64,000 bases of DNA from an uncultured Muribaculaceae bacterium (GTDB lineage Bacteria > Bacteroidota > Bacteroidia > Bacteroidales > Muribaculaceae), in the NCBI GenBank assembly GCA_944321685.1, contig CALUMH010000007.1, forward strand, positions 24,102 to 88,101, in the 5' to 3' direction. The notes under the pieces were generated by a model. The model worked only from the letters and a program-made list of their open reading frames with translations, did no database searches and was not told the origin of the DNA. Of this stretch, positions 48,721-61,015 are shown piece after piece. A program made the translations under genes and the position numbers. Each line of letters begins with the position of its first letter. The stretch's first letter is position 1.

Positions 48721-50175
48721 TTACTTACTGATTTTACGTTTGAAAATATAAGAAATCACTTCTTGCTGTATGCGAGAATGCAGCATACTGTTTATCCCGA
48801 TGAAAATCACGGCAAACACTACAAGTTGCACCGGCAGCAAGACAAGCGGTGACGACAGCTCCTGCGGCAACAACACCACCGGCACAAGTGCCACAAGCGA
48901 AATACCCACATAAGGCATGGGTTCACGCAATATCATGCGCACGCCATAACCGGTGGTTGACGCCGTGAGCCACACGGCATACACATAATGCAGAAACGAG
49001 GCTGCCACCTGCCCTGCCACAAGCCACCACACTCCAAACGGAATGGTGGCGACAATTGCCACAATGGCAAGCGCGTCTTTCACTGCCTCGGAATACACCA
49101 ACCGTCGCGCAGCACCGAGTGCTATGATATGATTATGATAAAGTGCCGTCATCACCACAAATATGCCACGCACCACAAGCATTTGGAAAAGCGGTATCGC
49201 TTCATCCCACTTGGTGTCGAAAAGCAGGTGGAATATCGGCGTGGCCACAGCGGCAAGCAACAACATCGACGGAATAGTGACGTATGCCGTGAATTTGTGA
49301 GTTTTCGATATCATGCGGTGAAACCGTTCACGGTCGTCCTGGCAACCGCTCAATATGGGAAGGAACGATGCAGTTACCACTTGCGACAACGATGCCACAC
49401 CCATCTTGCTCCATTTGTCGGCCTGCGTGTAATAGCCCAGTTTCGACAAGTTATAATACGCACCTATTATAAATGAATATATATTTTGAAACAATATATT
49501 CAGGAACGAAGTTGCCATGATGCCGGCACCCACATTGAATATAGAGCGCAATGATGCCATGCTGAAACGTTCACGCGGCCACCAGTGCGATGTTGCCCAC
49601 AGCAGTGCCGACTTCACGGCGGCAAGCACTATCGTCTGCCACACTATTGCCCATGCACCCATTCCGGCTACGGCAAGCCATATGCCCACTATGCCACTTA
49701 CGACAAGGCCCGCAGTATTGCTCACGGCTATCATCTTAACATCCATGCGCTTGGTGAGGCGGTTGGTTTGCACTATCGCCGTGGCATTGATTACAAAAGC
49801 AAGAAACATCACCCTGGCCGGAGCCACAAGCCGCCCTCCGGCACCAAACCAATCGTCGATAAACGGCGAGCAAAACCACAGCAACACATATATCGCCACG
49901 CTCATCGCCAAATTGAAATATAGCACCGTGCAATAATCGACCTCGGTAGGCAACTTTTTTTGTATAAGAGCATTGGAAAACCCACTATCCACAAACAACG
50001 CCGCAAACGCCTGGAACACAAGCACAGCCCCCACCAGCCCGAATTCTTCGGGCGTAAGCAGGTTGGCAAGCACTATGCCGGTTATGGCATAAAGCACTTG
50101 CGACGACAGCCGGTCGATAGTATTCCACTTGAGCGTCCGGGCAGTCTTTAATTTCAAGCTCTCTTCTTCCACCAT
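48721..50175 (-). CDS. Polysaccharide biosynthesis protein / oligosaccharide flippase (MOP/Wzx family)
   Basis: About 484 aa and polytopic. N-terminus KTARTLKWNTIDRLSSQVLYAITGIVLANLLTPEEFGLVGA...FSNALIQK is typical of the Wzx/RfbX family. The start is ATG 50175, downstream of the TACCTTTG box at 50193-50200. Confidence 0.8.
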   Translation of the reverse strand: MVEEESLKLKTARTLKWNTIDRLSSQVLYAITGIVLANLLTPEEFGLVGAVLVFQAFAALFVDSGFSNALIQKKLPTEVDYCTVLYFNLAMSVAIYVLLWFCSPFIDDWFGAGGRLVAPARVMFLAFVINATAIVQTNRLTKRMDVKMIAVSNTAGLVVSGIVGIWLAVAGMGAWAIVWQTIVLAAVKSALLWATSHWWPRERFSMASLRSIFNVGAGIMATSFLNILFQNIYSFIIGAYYNLSKLGYYTQADKWSKMGVASLSQVVTASFLPILSGCQDDRERFHRMISKTHKFTAYVTIPSMLLLAAVATPIFHLLFDTKWDEAIPLFQMLVVRGIFVVMTALYHNHIIALGAARRLVYSEAVKDALAIVAIVATIPFGVWWLVAGQVAASFLHYVYAVWLTASTTGYGVRMILREPMPYVGISLVALVPVVLLPQELSSPLVLLPVQLVVFAVIFIGINSMLHSRIQQEVISYIFKRKISK

Positions 50176-50192
50176 GCAATTTATATCAGGTG

Positions 50193-50200
50193 CAAAGGTA
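50193..50200 (-). promoter_or_regulatory. -7 promoter box (TACCTTTG) for the flippase gene
   Basis: Plus strand reads caaaggta, 18 nt upstream of ATG 50175. Confidence 0.5.
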
Positions 50201-50342
50201 GTAAAATATCCATTCCAAACGACTTGCATCTGCCGATATTACATTTTTCTGTAAATATATCACATTTGGCGAGTATGCTGGTCTTTTAGCGCACTTTGCA
50301 CTACATTTGCAATGCTATAATTCACATATCATCGTAAAATAA

Positions 50343-51152
50343 ATGCACATACAACGAATTACGACAACCTTGCTCGCGGCCGCCGTGCTCACATCATGCG
50401 ACCTTATCGACTACCACCCATATGACGTACATATCACCGGCGACACCGATGTAAATGCTAAGAACATTGCCCGCATCGAAGCCGGTTGCCTCAACAAACA
50501 GCAAGTGCGCGTGGCAGTAATCGGCGACAGCCACCGCTGGTATGACGAGCTGAAGCTCTTCGTGAAAGCGATAAACCGGCGCGACGACATCGACTTTGTA
50601 ATTCACGACGGCGACTTGAGCGAATATGGTTACACACAAGAATTCCTATGGACACGCGACTGCCTCAATGGTTTAAAAATACCTTACGTGGCACTTATTG
50701 GCAACCATGACTGCCTCGGCACAGGACGTGATGCTTACAGAGCCGTTTTCGGCGACACCGACTTCTCATTCATCGCCGGACGCATAAAATTTGTGTGCCT
50801 TAACACCAACGCCCTCGAATATGATTATTCCGACCCGATACCCGACTTCAAGTTCATTGAGTCGCAATTCACCGACCGCGCCGACGAATTTGACAGTTCG
50901 GTGGGAGTGATGCACGCACGCCCGGGCGACGATGTTTTCAACAACAACGTAGAAATTGTATTCCACCGCTACATGACACAACTGCCGCAACTGATGTGCT
51001 GCATCAACGGACACGGACACTCCCTGAAGCACGACGACCTGATGGGCGACGGCATAATTTACCACCAAACCGCAAGCCTCGACGACAGGCTTTACTTGCT
51101 TTTCACATTCAACGACGATGGAACCTACAGCTATGAAGAAGTTGCTTTTTAA
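50343..51152 (+). CDS. Metallophosphoesterase (calcineurin-like)
   Basis: Signal or lipoprotein start (LTSC). VAVIGDSH, IHDGDLSEYG, LIGNHD and GHGH motifs. Confidence 0.85.
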   Translation: MHIQRITTTLLAAAVLTSCDLIDYHPYDVHITGDTDVNAKNIARIEAGCLNKQQVRVAVIGDSHRWYDELKLFVKAINRRDDIDFVIHDGDLSEYGYTQEFLWTRDCLNGLKIPYVALIGNHDCLGTGRDAYRAVFGDTDFSFIAGRIKFVCLNTNALEYDYSDPIPDFKFIESQFTDRADEFDSSVGVMHARPGDDVFNNNVEIVFHRYMTQLPQLMCCINGHGHSLKHDDLMGDGIIYHQTASLDDRLYLLFTFNDDGTYSYEEVAF

Positions 51153-51810
51153 CCTGATATGCATATTCGGCACGGCATTCGCAACTTTGGCACACAACAC
51201 CGGCATCGACTTCGACACAATCCCGTCGGACAGCCTGCAACGGCTTATTCGTTACGAACGACGGCTCACTCGTATGCAGGAACACTGGCAACGGCTTATC
51301 CCGTCGTATGGAAAAATACAATATGCCGGCAATATGGGCTTCATGTCGGTCGGTGGAGGTTGGTCATACGGAAAAAACCGGCAATGGGAAACCGACTTGC
51401 TTATAGGCTTCATTCCTAAATATGAGTCGGATGCAGCCAAGGTGACACTGACGCTTAAACAAAACTTCATGCCTTGGAAGTGGCACTTGAACAAGCAAGT
51501 TTTTATCGAACCACTCGCCTGCGGATTATACCTCAACACTGTGCTGCACAACGACTTTTGGGTACGCCAACCCGACCGTTATCCCAAAGGCTATTATTGG
51601 TTTTCGACACGCATACGCACCAATGCTTACATAGGCCAACGTATAACCGTCAAAATTCCGCCACATAAGCGCTTCTTTGCCAAGTCGGTGACATTGTTTT
51701 ATGAAATAAGCACCTGCGACTACTATATCCTAAGCCACGTCGGCAATAGCGGCTATCCTCTCCATGAATTGATAAGCCTCTCTTTCGGGTTGAAGATGCA
51801 ACTTTTCTAA
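51133..51810 (+). CDS. Hypothetical outer-membrane protein (beta-barrel-like, C-terminal Phe)
   Basis: Signal peptide MKKLLFNLICIFGTAFA. Alternating hydrophobic pattern, ends ...GLKMQLF. The start overlaps the preceding gene by 20 nt. Confidence 0.55.
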   Translation: MKKLLFNLICIFGTAFATLAHNTGIDFDTIPSDSLQRLIRYERRLTRMQEHWQRLIPSYGKIQYAGNMGFMSVGGGWSYGKNRQWETDLLIGFIPKYESDAAKVTLTLKQNFMPWKWHLNKQVFIEPLACGLYLNTVLHNDFWVRQPDRYPKGYYWFSTRIRTNAYIGQRITVKIPPHKRFFAKSVTLFYEISTCDYYILSHVGNSGYPLHELISLSFGLKMQLF

Positions 51811-51963
51811 TCAAAAACAATATACGGCATGAACCTAATTTGCACAAGGCACATGGCAGCCGATTTGCCTGTTTCAATGATTTTTATTATCTTTGCTTAT
51901 TCAAAGACTTATAAGAAAAAATACAGTTATGTGCTTGATTTCCACTATATGAGACAGGAATGA

Positions 51964-53949
<1,986 letters not shown>

Positions 53950-53998
53950 CCTGCCTTTTGGAGGCTTCTTCCGGCATAACCATATGAGATATTACACG

Positions 53999-54038
53999 AA
54001 AAAAACGACTTTGGCATATAACCAAAGTCGTTTTTTTG
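53999..54038. terminator. Bidirectional terminator between convergent gyrB and ispG
   Basis: An A-run, then acgactttgg (54005-54014) pairing with ccaaagtcgt (54022-54031), then a T-run. Confidence 0.75.
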
Positions 54039-54070
54039 TATCGGTATATCAAAACTTATATTCGCGGCAT

Positions 54071-55903
54071 TCACGCAACAGGCTCCACCCAGTCGCCATT
54101 AGCCTTAATCAGAGCTATGAGGCGTGGAATGGCATCTTCCTCGGGAATATTCTTCTCAACGCACTCCTTCCCCTTGTAAAGGCTTATGCGACCAACCCCC
54201 GCGCCCACATACCCGTAATCGGCATCGGCCATTTCTCCGGGACCGTTCACTATGCAACCCATTATGCCTATCTTCAAGTGCGACAAGTGCGAAGTGGCTT
54301 CTTTCACACGGCGGACGGTGGCTTGCAAGTCATACATTGTGCGTCCGCAACCCGGGCATGAAATAAATTCGGTCTTGCTTATGCGCACCCGAGCCGCTTG
54401 CAATATGGCAAACTCATATCGCACAATGTCGCTGAAATTCTTGTAATTGGGTGTTTCCATCCACACACCGTCGCGGAAACCGTTGAGCAACAGTGTGCCG
54501 AAGTCAACACCGGCTTTCACTTGCAACCACTCGTTGTCGCTGTCGGGGTAACGATTAAGCGGTATTGCCGGGGCATCTATGCCTCGGTCGATGAGTGCGT
54601 GCATGAAAGCCTGCTGGCAACCGGTCACATTTACCGATGTCGGTGTCACTACAAGCACTACATCATTGCGACCAATCAGGAAATCGAGCGTGCCACCGGC
54701 TACATCTGTATCGGCAGGAACACGCAACCATTTCATGCAACTGTCGCATTGCTCCAACTCGGCAACCTCTTCAATGGTAAATAGCGGAAAAACATTGTCG
54801 CCACCTTTATATTTGCCCCATGGCACTATAAAACGGCCTTGTGCATTGGGAATTTTTCCATCGGCTATATAATAGAAATCGGGGCGAGGCTTGCCATACA
54901 CATTCCCGGGCAGGCACGAAACCACCGTTACAGGCACTTTGTTGCCTCCCACCAAGCCTCCTACTACGGCAGTACGTCTGCGCACAGGCCTTATGGGGTC
55001 ATAACCGCGACTCACACCGCCTTTAATAGGTTCATGCCCCAGGCGCATTGTAATATATCGCACAAGTTTTTGCGCCACAGGCACTTCAAGTTCGGGATCT
55101 TCACTTAACGACACACGTATCGTGTCACCTATCCCCTCGGCAAGCAAAGTGCCTATACCCACTGCCGACTTTATGCGGCCGTCTTCACCGTCACCGGCTT
55201 CAGTCACGCCAAGGTGCAACGGATAGTGCATATTCTCACGATCCATGGCGGCCACCATCAGGCGCACAGCCTCGACCATAAGCACCGTATTCGATGCCTT
55301 CATTGAAATCACCACGTCGTGGAAATTCTCGGCTTCAAACACGCGCAGAAATTCCATCACGCTTTCCACCATACCCTCGGGAGTGTCGCCATAACGACTC
55401 ATTATGCGGTCGCTGAGCGAACCGTGGTTCACCCCGAGGCGCACAGCCGTGTGATGCTCGCGACATAAGTCGATAAACGGTGTAAGGGCATCATGTATGC
55501 GCTGCAGCTCGTGTGCATATTCTTCATCGGTATAAGTAAGCACCTTGAATGTACGAGCCGCATCGACGAAGTTTCCCGGATTTATACGAACCTTATCGAC
55601 GACCCGTGCTGCCGCATACGCAGCCGACGGATTGAAATGTATATCGGCAATAAGCGGCACCGAATATCCTTCATTGCGCAATATCTTGCGTATTTCCCCT
55701 ATGTTATTGGCTTCGCGCACCCCCTGTGCCGTAAGCCTCACATAATCGGCACCGGCATCGCAAATGCGACGGCACTGGGCTACGCTGCCCGAAGTATCCA
55801 TCGTAGAAGTGGAAGTCATCGACTGTATTCTTATCGGAAATTCCGACCCGAGCGGAGTTTCACCGATGTTGACACGAGAAGTTTTTCGGCGTGAATAATC
55901 CAT
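54071..55903 (-). CDS. ispG: 4-hydroxy-3-methylbut-2-en-1-yl diphosphate synthase (long, insert-containing form)
   Basis: IRIQSMTSTST...VRLTAQG...PLIADIHF...VRINPGN...LGVTEAG...SCPGCGRT...MGCIVNGPGE. 610 aa. Confidence 0.95.
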   Translation of the reverse strand: MDYSRRKTSRVNIGETPLGSEFPIRIQSMTSTSTMDTSGSVAQCRRICDAGADYVRLTAQGVREANNIGEIRKILRNEGYSVPLIADIHFNPSAAYAAARVVDKVRINPGNFVDAARTFKVLTYTDEEYAHELQRIHDALTPFIDLCREHHTAVRLGVNHGSLSDRIMSRYGDTPEGMVESVMEFLRVFEAENFHDVVISMKASNTVLMVEAVRLMVAAMDRENMHYPLHLGVTEAGDGEDGRIKSAVGIGTLLAEGIGDTIRVSLSEDPELEVPVAQKLVRYITMRLGHEPIKGGVSRGYDPIRPVRRRTAVVGGLVGGNKVPVTVVSCLPGNVYGKPRPDFYYIADGKIPNAQGRFIVPWGKYKGGDNVFPLFTIEEVAELEQCDSCMKWLRVPADTDVAGGTLDFLIGRNDVVLVVTPTSVNVTGCQQAFMHALIDRGIDAPAIPLNRYPDSDNEWLQVKAGVDFGTLLLNGFRDGVWMETPNYKNFSDIVRYEFAILQAARVRISKTEFISCPGCGRTMYDLQATVRRVKEATSHLSHLKIGIMGCIVNGPGEMADADYGYVGAGVGRISLYKGKECVEKNIPEEDAIPRLIALIKANGDWVEPVA

Positions 55904-55957
55904 ATATCGGTCACTTAAATTTACACCCTCGATTTCCGAGATTTCTTATCAGAAACA

Positions 55958-56464
55958 CTAATTGGTTTTAAACTTGAACTGCACTTTGTGCAATTCCTCA
56001 TTGGCTGCGACTATCTTCCCGGCAAGGCCTTTTTTATAGGCATGGAACTTGGCCGACAAGGCTTCATCGCCCAAGGCAAGAATTTGCACGGCAAGGATGG
56101 CTGCATTGAGCGCGCCGTTTATGCCCACAGTGGCCACAGGTATGCCCGGAGGCATTTGCACTATGGCAAGCAAGGCGTCCATGCCTTCGAGCGACGATTT
56201 TATAGGCACTCCTATCACCGGCACCGTGGTCGATGCGGCAATCACGCCGGGCAGGTGCGCCGCCATACCGGCGGCAGCAATTATCACACGTATGCCACGG
56301 CCTTCGGCCTCGGTGGCAAACCGCGCCACCTCGTCGGGCGTGCGGTGTGCCGACAAGGCATTCATTTCAAACGGAATCTCCATCTCATCGAGCAACTTTG
56401 CAGCCTTCTCCATTACCGGAAGGTCGGAAGTGCTACCCATTATAATACTTACTATCGGAGTCAT
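55958..56464 (-). CDS. purE: 5-(carboxyamino)imidazole ribonucleotide mutase
   Basis: [14 protein letters not shown]...SAHRTP...[11 protein letters not shown]...PVIGVP. Confidence 0.96.
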   Translation of the reverse strand: MTPIVSIIMGSTSDLPVMEKAAKLLDEMEIPFEMNALSAHRTPDEVARFATEAEGRGIRVIIAAAGMAAHLPGVIAASTTVPVIGVPIKSSLEGMDALLAIVQMPPGIPVATVGINGALNAAILAVQILALGDEALSAKFHAYKKGLAGKIVAANEELHKVQFKFKTN

Positions 56465-56507
56465 ATTTTGCTTATTTATTATATTAGTCTCTGATTAAAC
56501 TGACTAT

Positions 56508-57146
56508 TCATGAAAACAATTTGCAGGCAAGGAACACCACCACAAACCCGTTGGTAAAACCTGCCACCACTTGCATGAATGTGTGCCTGCGCATGAATAT
56601 GCGGGAAGATCCAAGGCATCCGGCAAGCAGCACCAACAGGCATATAACCGGCTTCATGTCGATTACATTGTACCCATCGATATAAACATGTATAGCAAAA
56701 GCAAGCAAACCGCCTATCCCGGCCATGTGCGCGCTAATTTTCCACCACAGCGTTACCACAGTCGAAACCACACAGGCGGCAGCCCCGCCGGCCATGAACA
56801 CCACCACCCATTGCGGAGTGTGAATGTGGTGCAGATATATCGCCGAACATATATAACACAACACCGTGGCAATATAAGGCAACCACCGTTCTTCGCGTTT
56901 CACCAGGCGCTTATCTTCAATCACCTTCAGATTGTGCAGTACCGCTATCGCAACCATAGGCATGATGCAGGTAATACCAAACACCACCAGCAGCACCACC
57001 AGCCGGGTTCCCGACGGGATATAGCACAGCACCGTGGCCCACAAGGCTATGAAAATGCCAAACGTGGGCATCAGCAGCGGGCTGAGCAACGTAGAGAAAA
57101 AACGGGCGAAAATATATATAACCGAGTCGGCATTGATCTTGTTCAT
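56508..57146 (-). CDS. PAP2-family phosphatase-like membrane protein
   Basis: Polytopic. KISAHMAG and SSRIFMRRHTFMQVVAG resemble the PAP2 C2/C3 motifs (SxH ... SRxxxxxHxxxD-like). Confidence 0.65.
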   Translation of the reverse strand: MNKINADSVIYIFARFFSTLLSPLLMPTFGIFIALWATVLCYIPSGTRLVVLLVVFGITCIMPMVAIAVLHNLKVIEDKRLVKREERWLPYIATVLCYICSAIYLHHIHTPQWVVVFMAGGAAACVVSTVVTLWWKISAHMAGIGGLLAFAIHVYIDGYNVIDMKPVICLLVLLAGCLGSSRIFMRRHTFMQVVAGFTNGFVVVFLACKLFS

Positions 57147-57182
57147 ATTATCTCATTCAGTTTTAAGGTAATTTTTTAATAG

Positions 57183-58637
57183 TTATATTTCTTTACGCAA
57201 CCTGGCCACCGGTATCGAAAGGCGTTCCCTATACTTAGCCACCGTGCGCCGTGCTATTTCGTAACCTTTTTCTTTCAATATCTCGCACAACCGCAAGTCC
57301 GAGAGCGGATGCTTCTTGTCTTCGGCATCGACCACCGATTTTATTATCGACTGTATTTCACGAGACGAAACCTCCTCACCCGACTCATGCTGCAACCCTT
57401 CGGTAAAAAAGAATTTCAGCGGATATACACCCCACTGGGTGGTGACATATTTATTCATAGTCACACGCGAAATCACCGACACGTCATAGCCTGTATCATC
57501 GGCAATGTCCTTAAGTATCATAGGCTTGAGTTGCATCTCATCACCCGTGAGGAAAAAATCACGCTGCCGCAACGTAATGGCACGCATTGTTTTAAACAAT
57601 GTTTCCTGCCGCTGCTGCAACACCTTGATGAAATTCGATGCCTTTTCATACTTTTGCTTGATGTCGGCGGCCTCTTCCTCTTCACGCCGTCCTGCAGGCT
57701 TCTTGCCGCTATACTTGTCATATAACAACGAATAGCTTTCCGACACCTGCAAATCAGGTATATTATTAAGCAACGTCAGGTTGATGGTATCACCCTCCAC
57801 ATCGACATTGAAATCAGGTATTATCTGTTGGCTTCGACTCTCGTCGGCAATGCCGGTCACAGTGTTCCCCGGCTTGGGATTAAGCTGGCGTATGGCATCG
57901 ACCACCCTCTTCATCTTCTCGCTATCAATGCCCAAAGCCGAAATAATCTTGTCGTAATGTTTTTTGATAAACGGCTCGAAATAACGGTCTATCACCTTGT
58001 AGGCAAGCAAGTGTATCTCGTCGCCTTTCTTGCGTTCAAGTTGCAACAGCAGGCAGTCACGCAAGTCGATCGCCCCCACACCGGCGGGGTCAAGGTCACG
58101 CACCACCTGCAACACCTCTTCCACCTCGTGTTCATCTATGTCGTTACCCGTTTGGAACACAATGTCATCGGTAATTGCGCTCACTTTCCGTTGCAAATAA
58201 CCATTATCATCGATGTTTCCTATTATATATTCGGCAATAATGCGTTGGCGGTCGGTCAAGTCCCTTTCGCCTATCTGCCCCATAAGGTAATCCACAAGCG
58301 AGCCCTCGGCAACCACCACGGCATTGGGAGTTTCATCGTCGGCACTGCGGTTCGACACATTCATGCGATAATACGGTATATCGTCCTCGTCTTTATAGTC
58401 GGCAGCCTGCATCTGCTCGGGAGTCTCGTTAAACACCTCCCCATCCTCATCTTTATTAAGCATTTCGGTTTGAGGGTCTTCCGATACCTCCAAGGCGGGA
58501 TTGTCGTCCATTTCACGACGCACCTCCTCTTCGATTTCACCACGGTTCATTTGCAACAACGGCACAAGCAGCAATTGCAACGGCGATAATCGCTGCGTCA
58601 ATTTCTGTTCTTGTGCCAAAGTCTGTTTACCTGCCAT
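57183..58637 (-). CDS. rpoN: RNA polymerase sigma-54 factor
   Basis: N-terminus QKLTQRLSPLQLLLVPLLQM, C-terminal RpoN box ARRTVAKYRE, and an HTH region. The start is ATG 58637, downstream of the TATCTTTG box at 58661-58668. Confidence 0.93.
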   Translation of the reverse strand: MAGKQTLAQEQKLTQRLSPLQLLLVPLLQMNRGEIEEEVRREMDDNPALEVSEDPQTEMLNKDEDGEVFNETPEQMQAADYKDEDDIPYYRMNVSNRSADDETPNAVVVAEGSLVDYLMGQIGERDLTDRQRIIAEYIIGNIDDNGYLQRKVSAITDDIVFQTGNDIDEHEVEEVLQVVRDLDPAGVGAIDLRDCLLLQLERKKGDEIHLLAYKVIDRYFEPFIKKHYDKIISALGIDSEKMKRVVDAIRQLNPKPGNTVTGIADESRSQQIIPDFNVDVEGDTINLTLLNNIPDLQVSESYSLLYDKYSGKKPAGRREEEEAADIKQKYEKASNFIKVLQQRQETLFKTMRAITLRQRDFFLTGDEMQLKPMILKDIADDTGYDVSVISRVTMNKYVTTQWGVYPLKFFFTEGLQHESGEEVSSREIQSIIKSVVDAEDKKHPLSDLRLCEILKEKGYEIARRTVAKYRERLSIPVARLRKEI

Positions 58638-58660
58638 CGGCAATATTCTCCTTTTAGAGG

Positions 58661-58668
58661 CAAAGATA
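58661..58668 (-). promoter_or_regulatory. -7 promoter box (TATCTTTG) for rpoN
   Basis: Plus strand reads caaagata, 24 nt upstream of ATG 58637. Confidence 0.5.
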
Positions 58669-58737
58669 GTGCAAGTAGAGCGCAAATGCAAATCATGCCT
58701 GCATGAATTTGCCAATTTACCGTGACGCGGCCCATAT

Positions 58738-59301
58738 TCACATTAGATGCAACCTCAAGTAATCATGCATGGTTGACAAAGCCGCCTCATGGAAACAGAA
58801 ACTGCCATCGGCAGGACGCACCACACAACGAGCCTGTTCCACAACCGCCACAGTGCCGGGCTCCACCGAATACAGCACCAAGCAATCATCGTGCAACACC
58901 GCGACAGGCGATACTGCATCGCCACGCAAATATATGTTTCGCTGGCACATGGCCTTATATGAACCGGGAGCATGAAATTGCACCACACTGTTCTTCCATC
59001 CTGCAAGTTTCCATTCCACCGGCCTGACGCACCCCGGCGGCAATTGCACCATCACAACTCCTTCATCATCGGTTTCACATTCCGCTTCATGCGACAAGTC
59101 TTCAACAGGCAACCAACCCGCATTGCCGCCTACGAGCAAACGAGCATACCATTCACGAATATCGAGCATCAACACGCTGTAGATGTCAATGCCGTCGTCA
59201 CGTTCTATGGTGCAATCACGTCGTGCAGGCAACAAGCGCAACCGTGTTTTCCACAATTCAAGCATCTCTTCTTCGGTAAGGTTCATCATGTAATTCTTCA
59301 T
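58738..59301 (-). CDS. Hypothetical cytoplasmic protein (187 aa), no recognisable family
   Basis: Long ORF with no signal peptide and plausible composition: MKNYMMNLTEEEMLELWKTRLRLLP... Confidence 0.5.
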   Translation of the reverse strand: MKNYMMNLTEEEMLELWKTRLRLLPARRDCTIERDDGIDIYSVLMLDIREWYARLLVGGNAGWLPVEDLSHEAECETDDEGVVMVQLPPGCVRPVEWKLAGWKNSVVQFHAPGSYKAMCQRNIYLRGDAVSPVAVLHDDCLVLYSVEPGTVAVVEQARCVVRPADGSFCFHEAALSTMHDYLRLHLM

Positions 59302-59428
59302 GGCATCATATTGTATTAATGCCGCAAAATTACATTATCGCCTATCATGGCGACACCATCAAAAAACAGAAAAGCGGCCTCGCCGCTACAAACGGGAGAC
59401 CGCCTTATATCTAATCAAAATCAGTGAT

Positions 59429-60865
59429 TTACCATTCGCAACTTACATAATTGCTCGGTATGTTCGGGGTGGCATATCCGTCGGGACGCAAATACCAGTC
59501 GGCATTGCTTTCGCCGTTGCTCTCAAACCATGCCTCAAATTCGGGATAAGCCAAATGGAACGGCTTTTTCTCATATGCATGGCGCGTCATCACAGGCACT
59601 TTCATGCCGTAAATGCTGCCGTCGGCACCACTGTAAGTGGTTGAATTATCCTTAGCCACACCTATGGCATTATGTGCGTCATACGATGTATAATCGGGTG
59701 TCGGATCATACCCTTTCATGTGAACTTCCAAATAGTTTGCAAACTCGGTATGGCAACCGATGAAGAAGTTTTGCTTGTTCACGTCCATAGTGGCATTGAT
59801 AAAGTGTTCTATCTGCTTCTGTCCTTCCTCTGCCGAAAGTTCATTACGATCGATACCCTTGAAAATCACCGTAAGAGTAAACAAGCTGCCGCCTGTGTTG
59901 ATGATACCAGCATTCACATTATAGAAAGTATCGGCAATTTTATCGGTATAAGGCAGCGGATTATTGTTGATTGCAATTTTCGACGGGTCACGCGGGTTGA
60001 CAAACCATGTCTGTCCGTTCTTTTCATAAGTAGCTGTCTTTGCCTCTTCCGAAACCAACCATTGCAAATTGTTGAAAGTGATGAGAGGATGCTCACCATC
60101 CAAATTCACATCGTAGGTTATGCCCATGTTTTCGGCATTAAAGTCACCCATATTACCGAGCGACAATGAGGTTTCAACATTTGTAATATACTTGGTATCG
60201 AGACTTTCGAGATACAGTCCGGCAGTCGTGGGATATTCACCACCCATAGAGCGAAGGTGCATAACCACTTTCACCTGCTCACGCCAAGCCTGGTCGGGAA
60301 TGACGCTCATGTCCACATATTTGGTCTCGATATCGTAATCGATAACCACGTCGTTATAATCTTCGTCTTTTGTATAAGTCTTAGGCCAACTGTCGTCGAA
60401 CATTGCCACACCGCTCGAATGATAAAATATCTGGTTGGCATCGCTGCTTACATAATTCTTCACAGCATCTTCAGGCATCATCGTGGCCCCGGCTACAGTT
60501 CCATCAACAGCAGCCACAGGCACATTCTTCGCGAGCAAAGTTCCTTGCATATCATACACATTGACCGTGGTGGCAACAGGCGAAGCAAGTTTGATTTCGC
60601 CGGTAGTGATGGCACAAGCGCCATAACGCTCAGAATAATTTACATCAACATCAATAGGAACATTCATACTATTCATACCGTCGGCAGTGGGATATTCTAC
60701 CCTCACAGCCTCCGCGCCGCTCGGAATTACAACCTTGATTGTGGTGGCAACACCCGTTCCTTCAGCCACAGGTTCTTCGGCAAGACCCACAGCTTCGTCG
60801 GCACAAGATGCCAACATCAACCCGGCAGCAGCAAACATCATAAAAAATAAACTTCTGACTTTCAT
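59429..60865 (-). CDS. LruC domain-containing protein (DUF4842), exported
   Basis: Lipobox-like MKVRSLFFMMFAAAGLMLASC. Core MFDDSWPKTYTKDEDYNDVVIDYDIE, VHMKGYDPT, and a C-terminal YGMKVP...AYPEFEAWFESNG..ADWY. This pattern is typical of LruC domains. Confidence 0.8.
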   Translation of the reverse strand: MKVRSLFFMMFAAAGLMLASCADEAVGLAEEPVAEGTGVATTIKVVIPSGAEAVRVEYPTADGMNSMNVPIDVDVNYSERYGACAITTGEIKLASPVATTVNVYDMQGTLLAKNVPVAAVDGTVAGATMMPEDAVKNYVSSDANQIFYHSSGVAMFDDSWPKTYTKDEDYNDVVIDYDIETKYVDMSVIPDQAWREQVKVVMHLRSMGGEYPTTAGLYLESLDTKYITNVETSLSLGNMGDFNAENMGITYDVNLDGEHPLITFNNLQWLVSEEAKTATYEKNGQTWFVNPRDPSKIAINNNPLPYTDKIADTFYNVNAGIINTGGSLFTLTVIFKGIDRNELSAEEGQKQIEHFINATMDVNKQNFFIGCHTEFANYLEVHMKGYDPTPDYTSYDAHNAIGVAKDNSTTYSGADGSIYGMKVPVMTRHAYEKKPFHLAYPEFEAWFESNGESNADWYLRPDGYATPNIPSNYVSCEW

Positions 60866-60902
60866 AGATATAATTGTTTATATTTTTTGCACTTTTATGT
60901 TA

Positions 60903-60910
60903 CAAAGATA
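60903..60910 (-). promoter_or_regulatory. -7 promoter box (TATCTTTG) for the LruC-domain gene
   Basis: Plus strand reads caaagata, 38 nt upstream of ATG 60865. Confidence 0.45.
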
Positions 60911-60926
60911 ATAACAACTAAACAAA

Positions 60927-60961
60927 TCCCATGCAACATTACAAACAAATATTGCATGGGA
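60927..60961 (-). terminator. Hairpin downstream of the C69 dipeptidase gene
   Basis: Perfect 10-bp arms tcccatgcaa (60927-60936) and ttgcatggga (60952-60961). The minus-strand trailing sequence is T-rich. Confidence 0.55.
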
Positions 60962-61015
60962 ATATAATATTTAACACATTTAACTAATCAACACCCGATA
61001 TTTAACAACAAAGTT

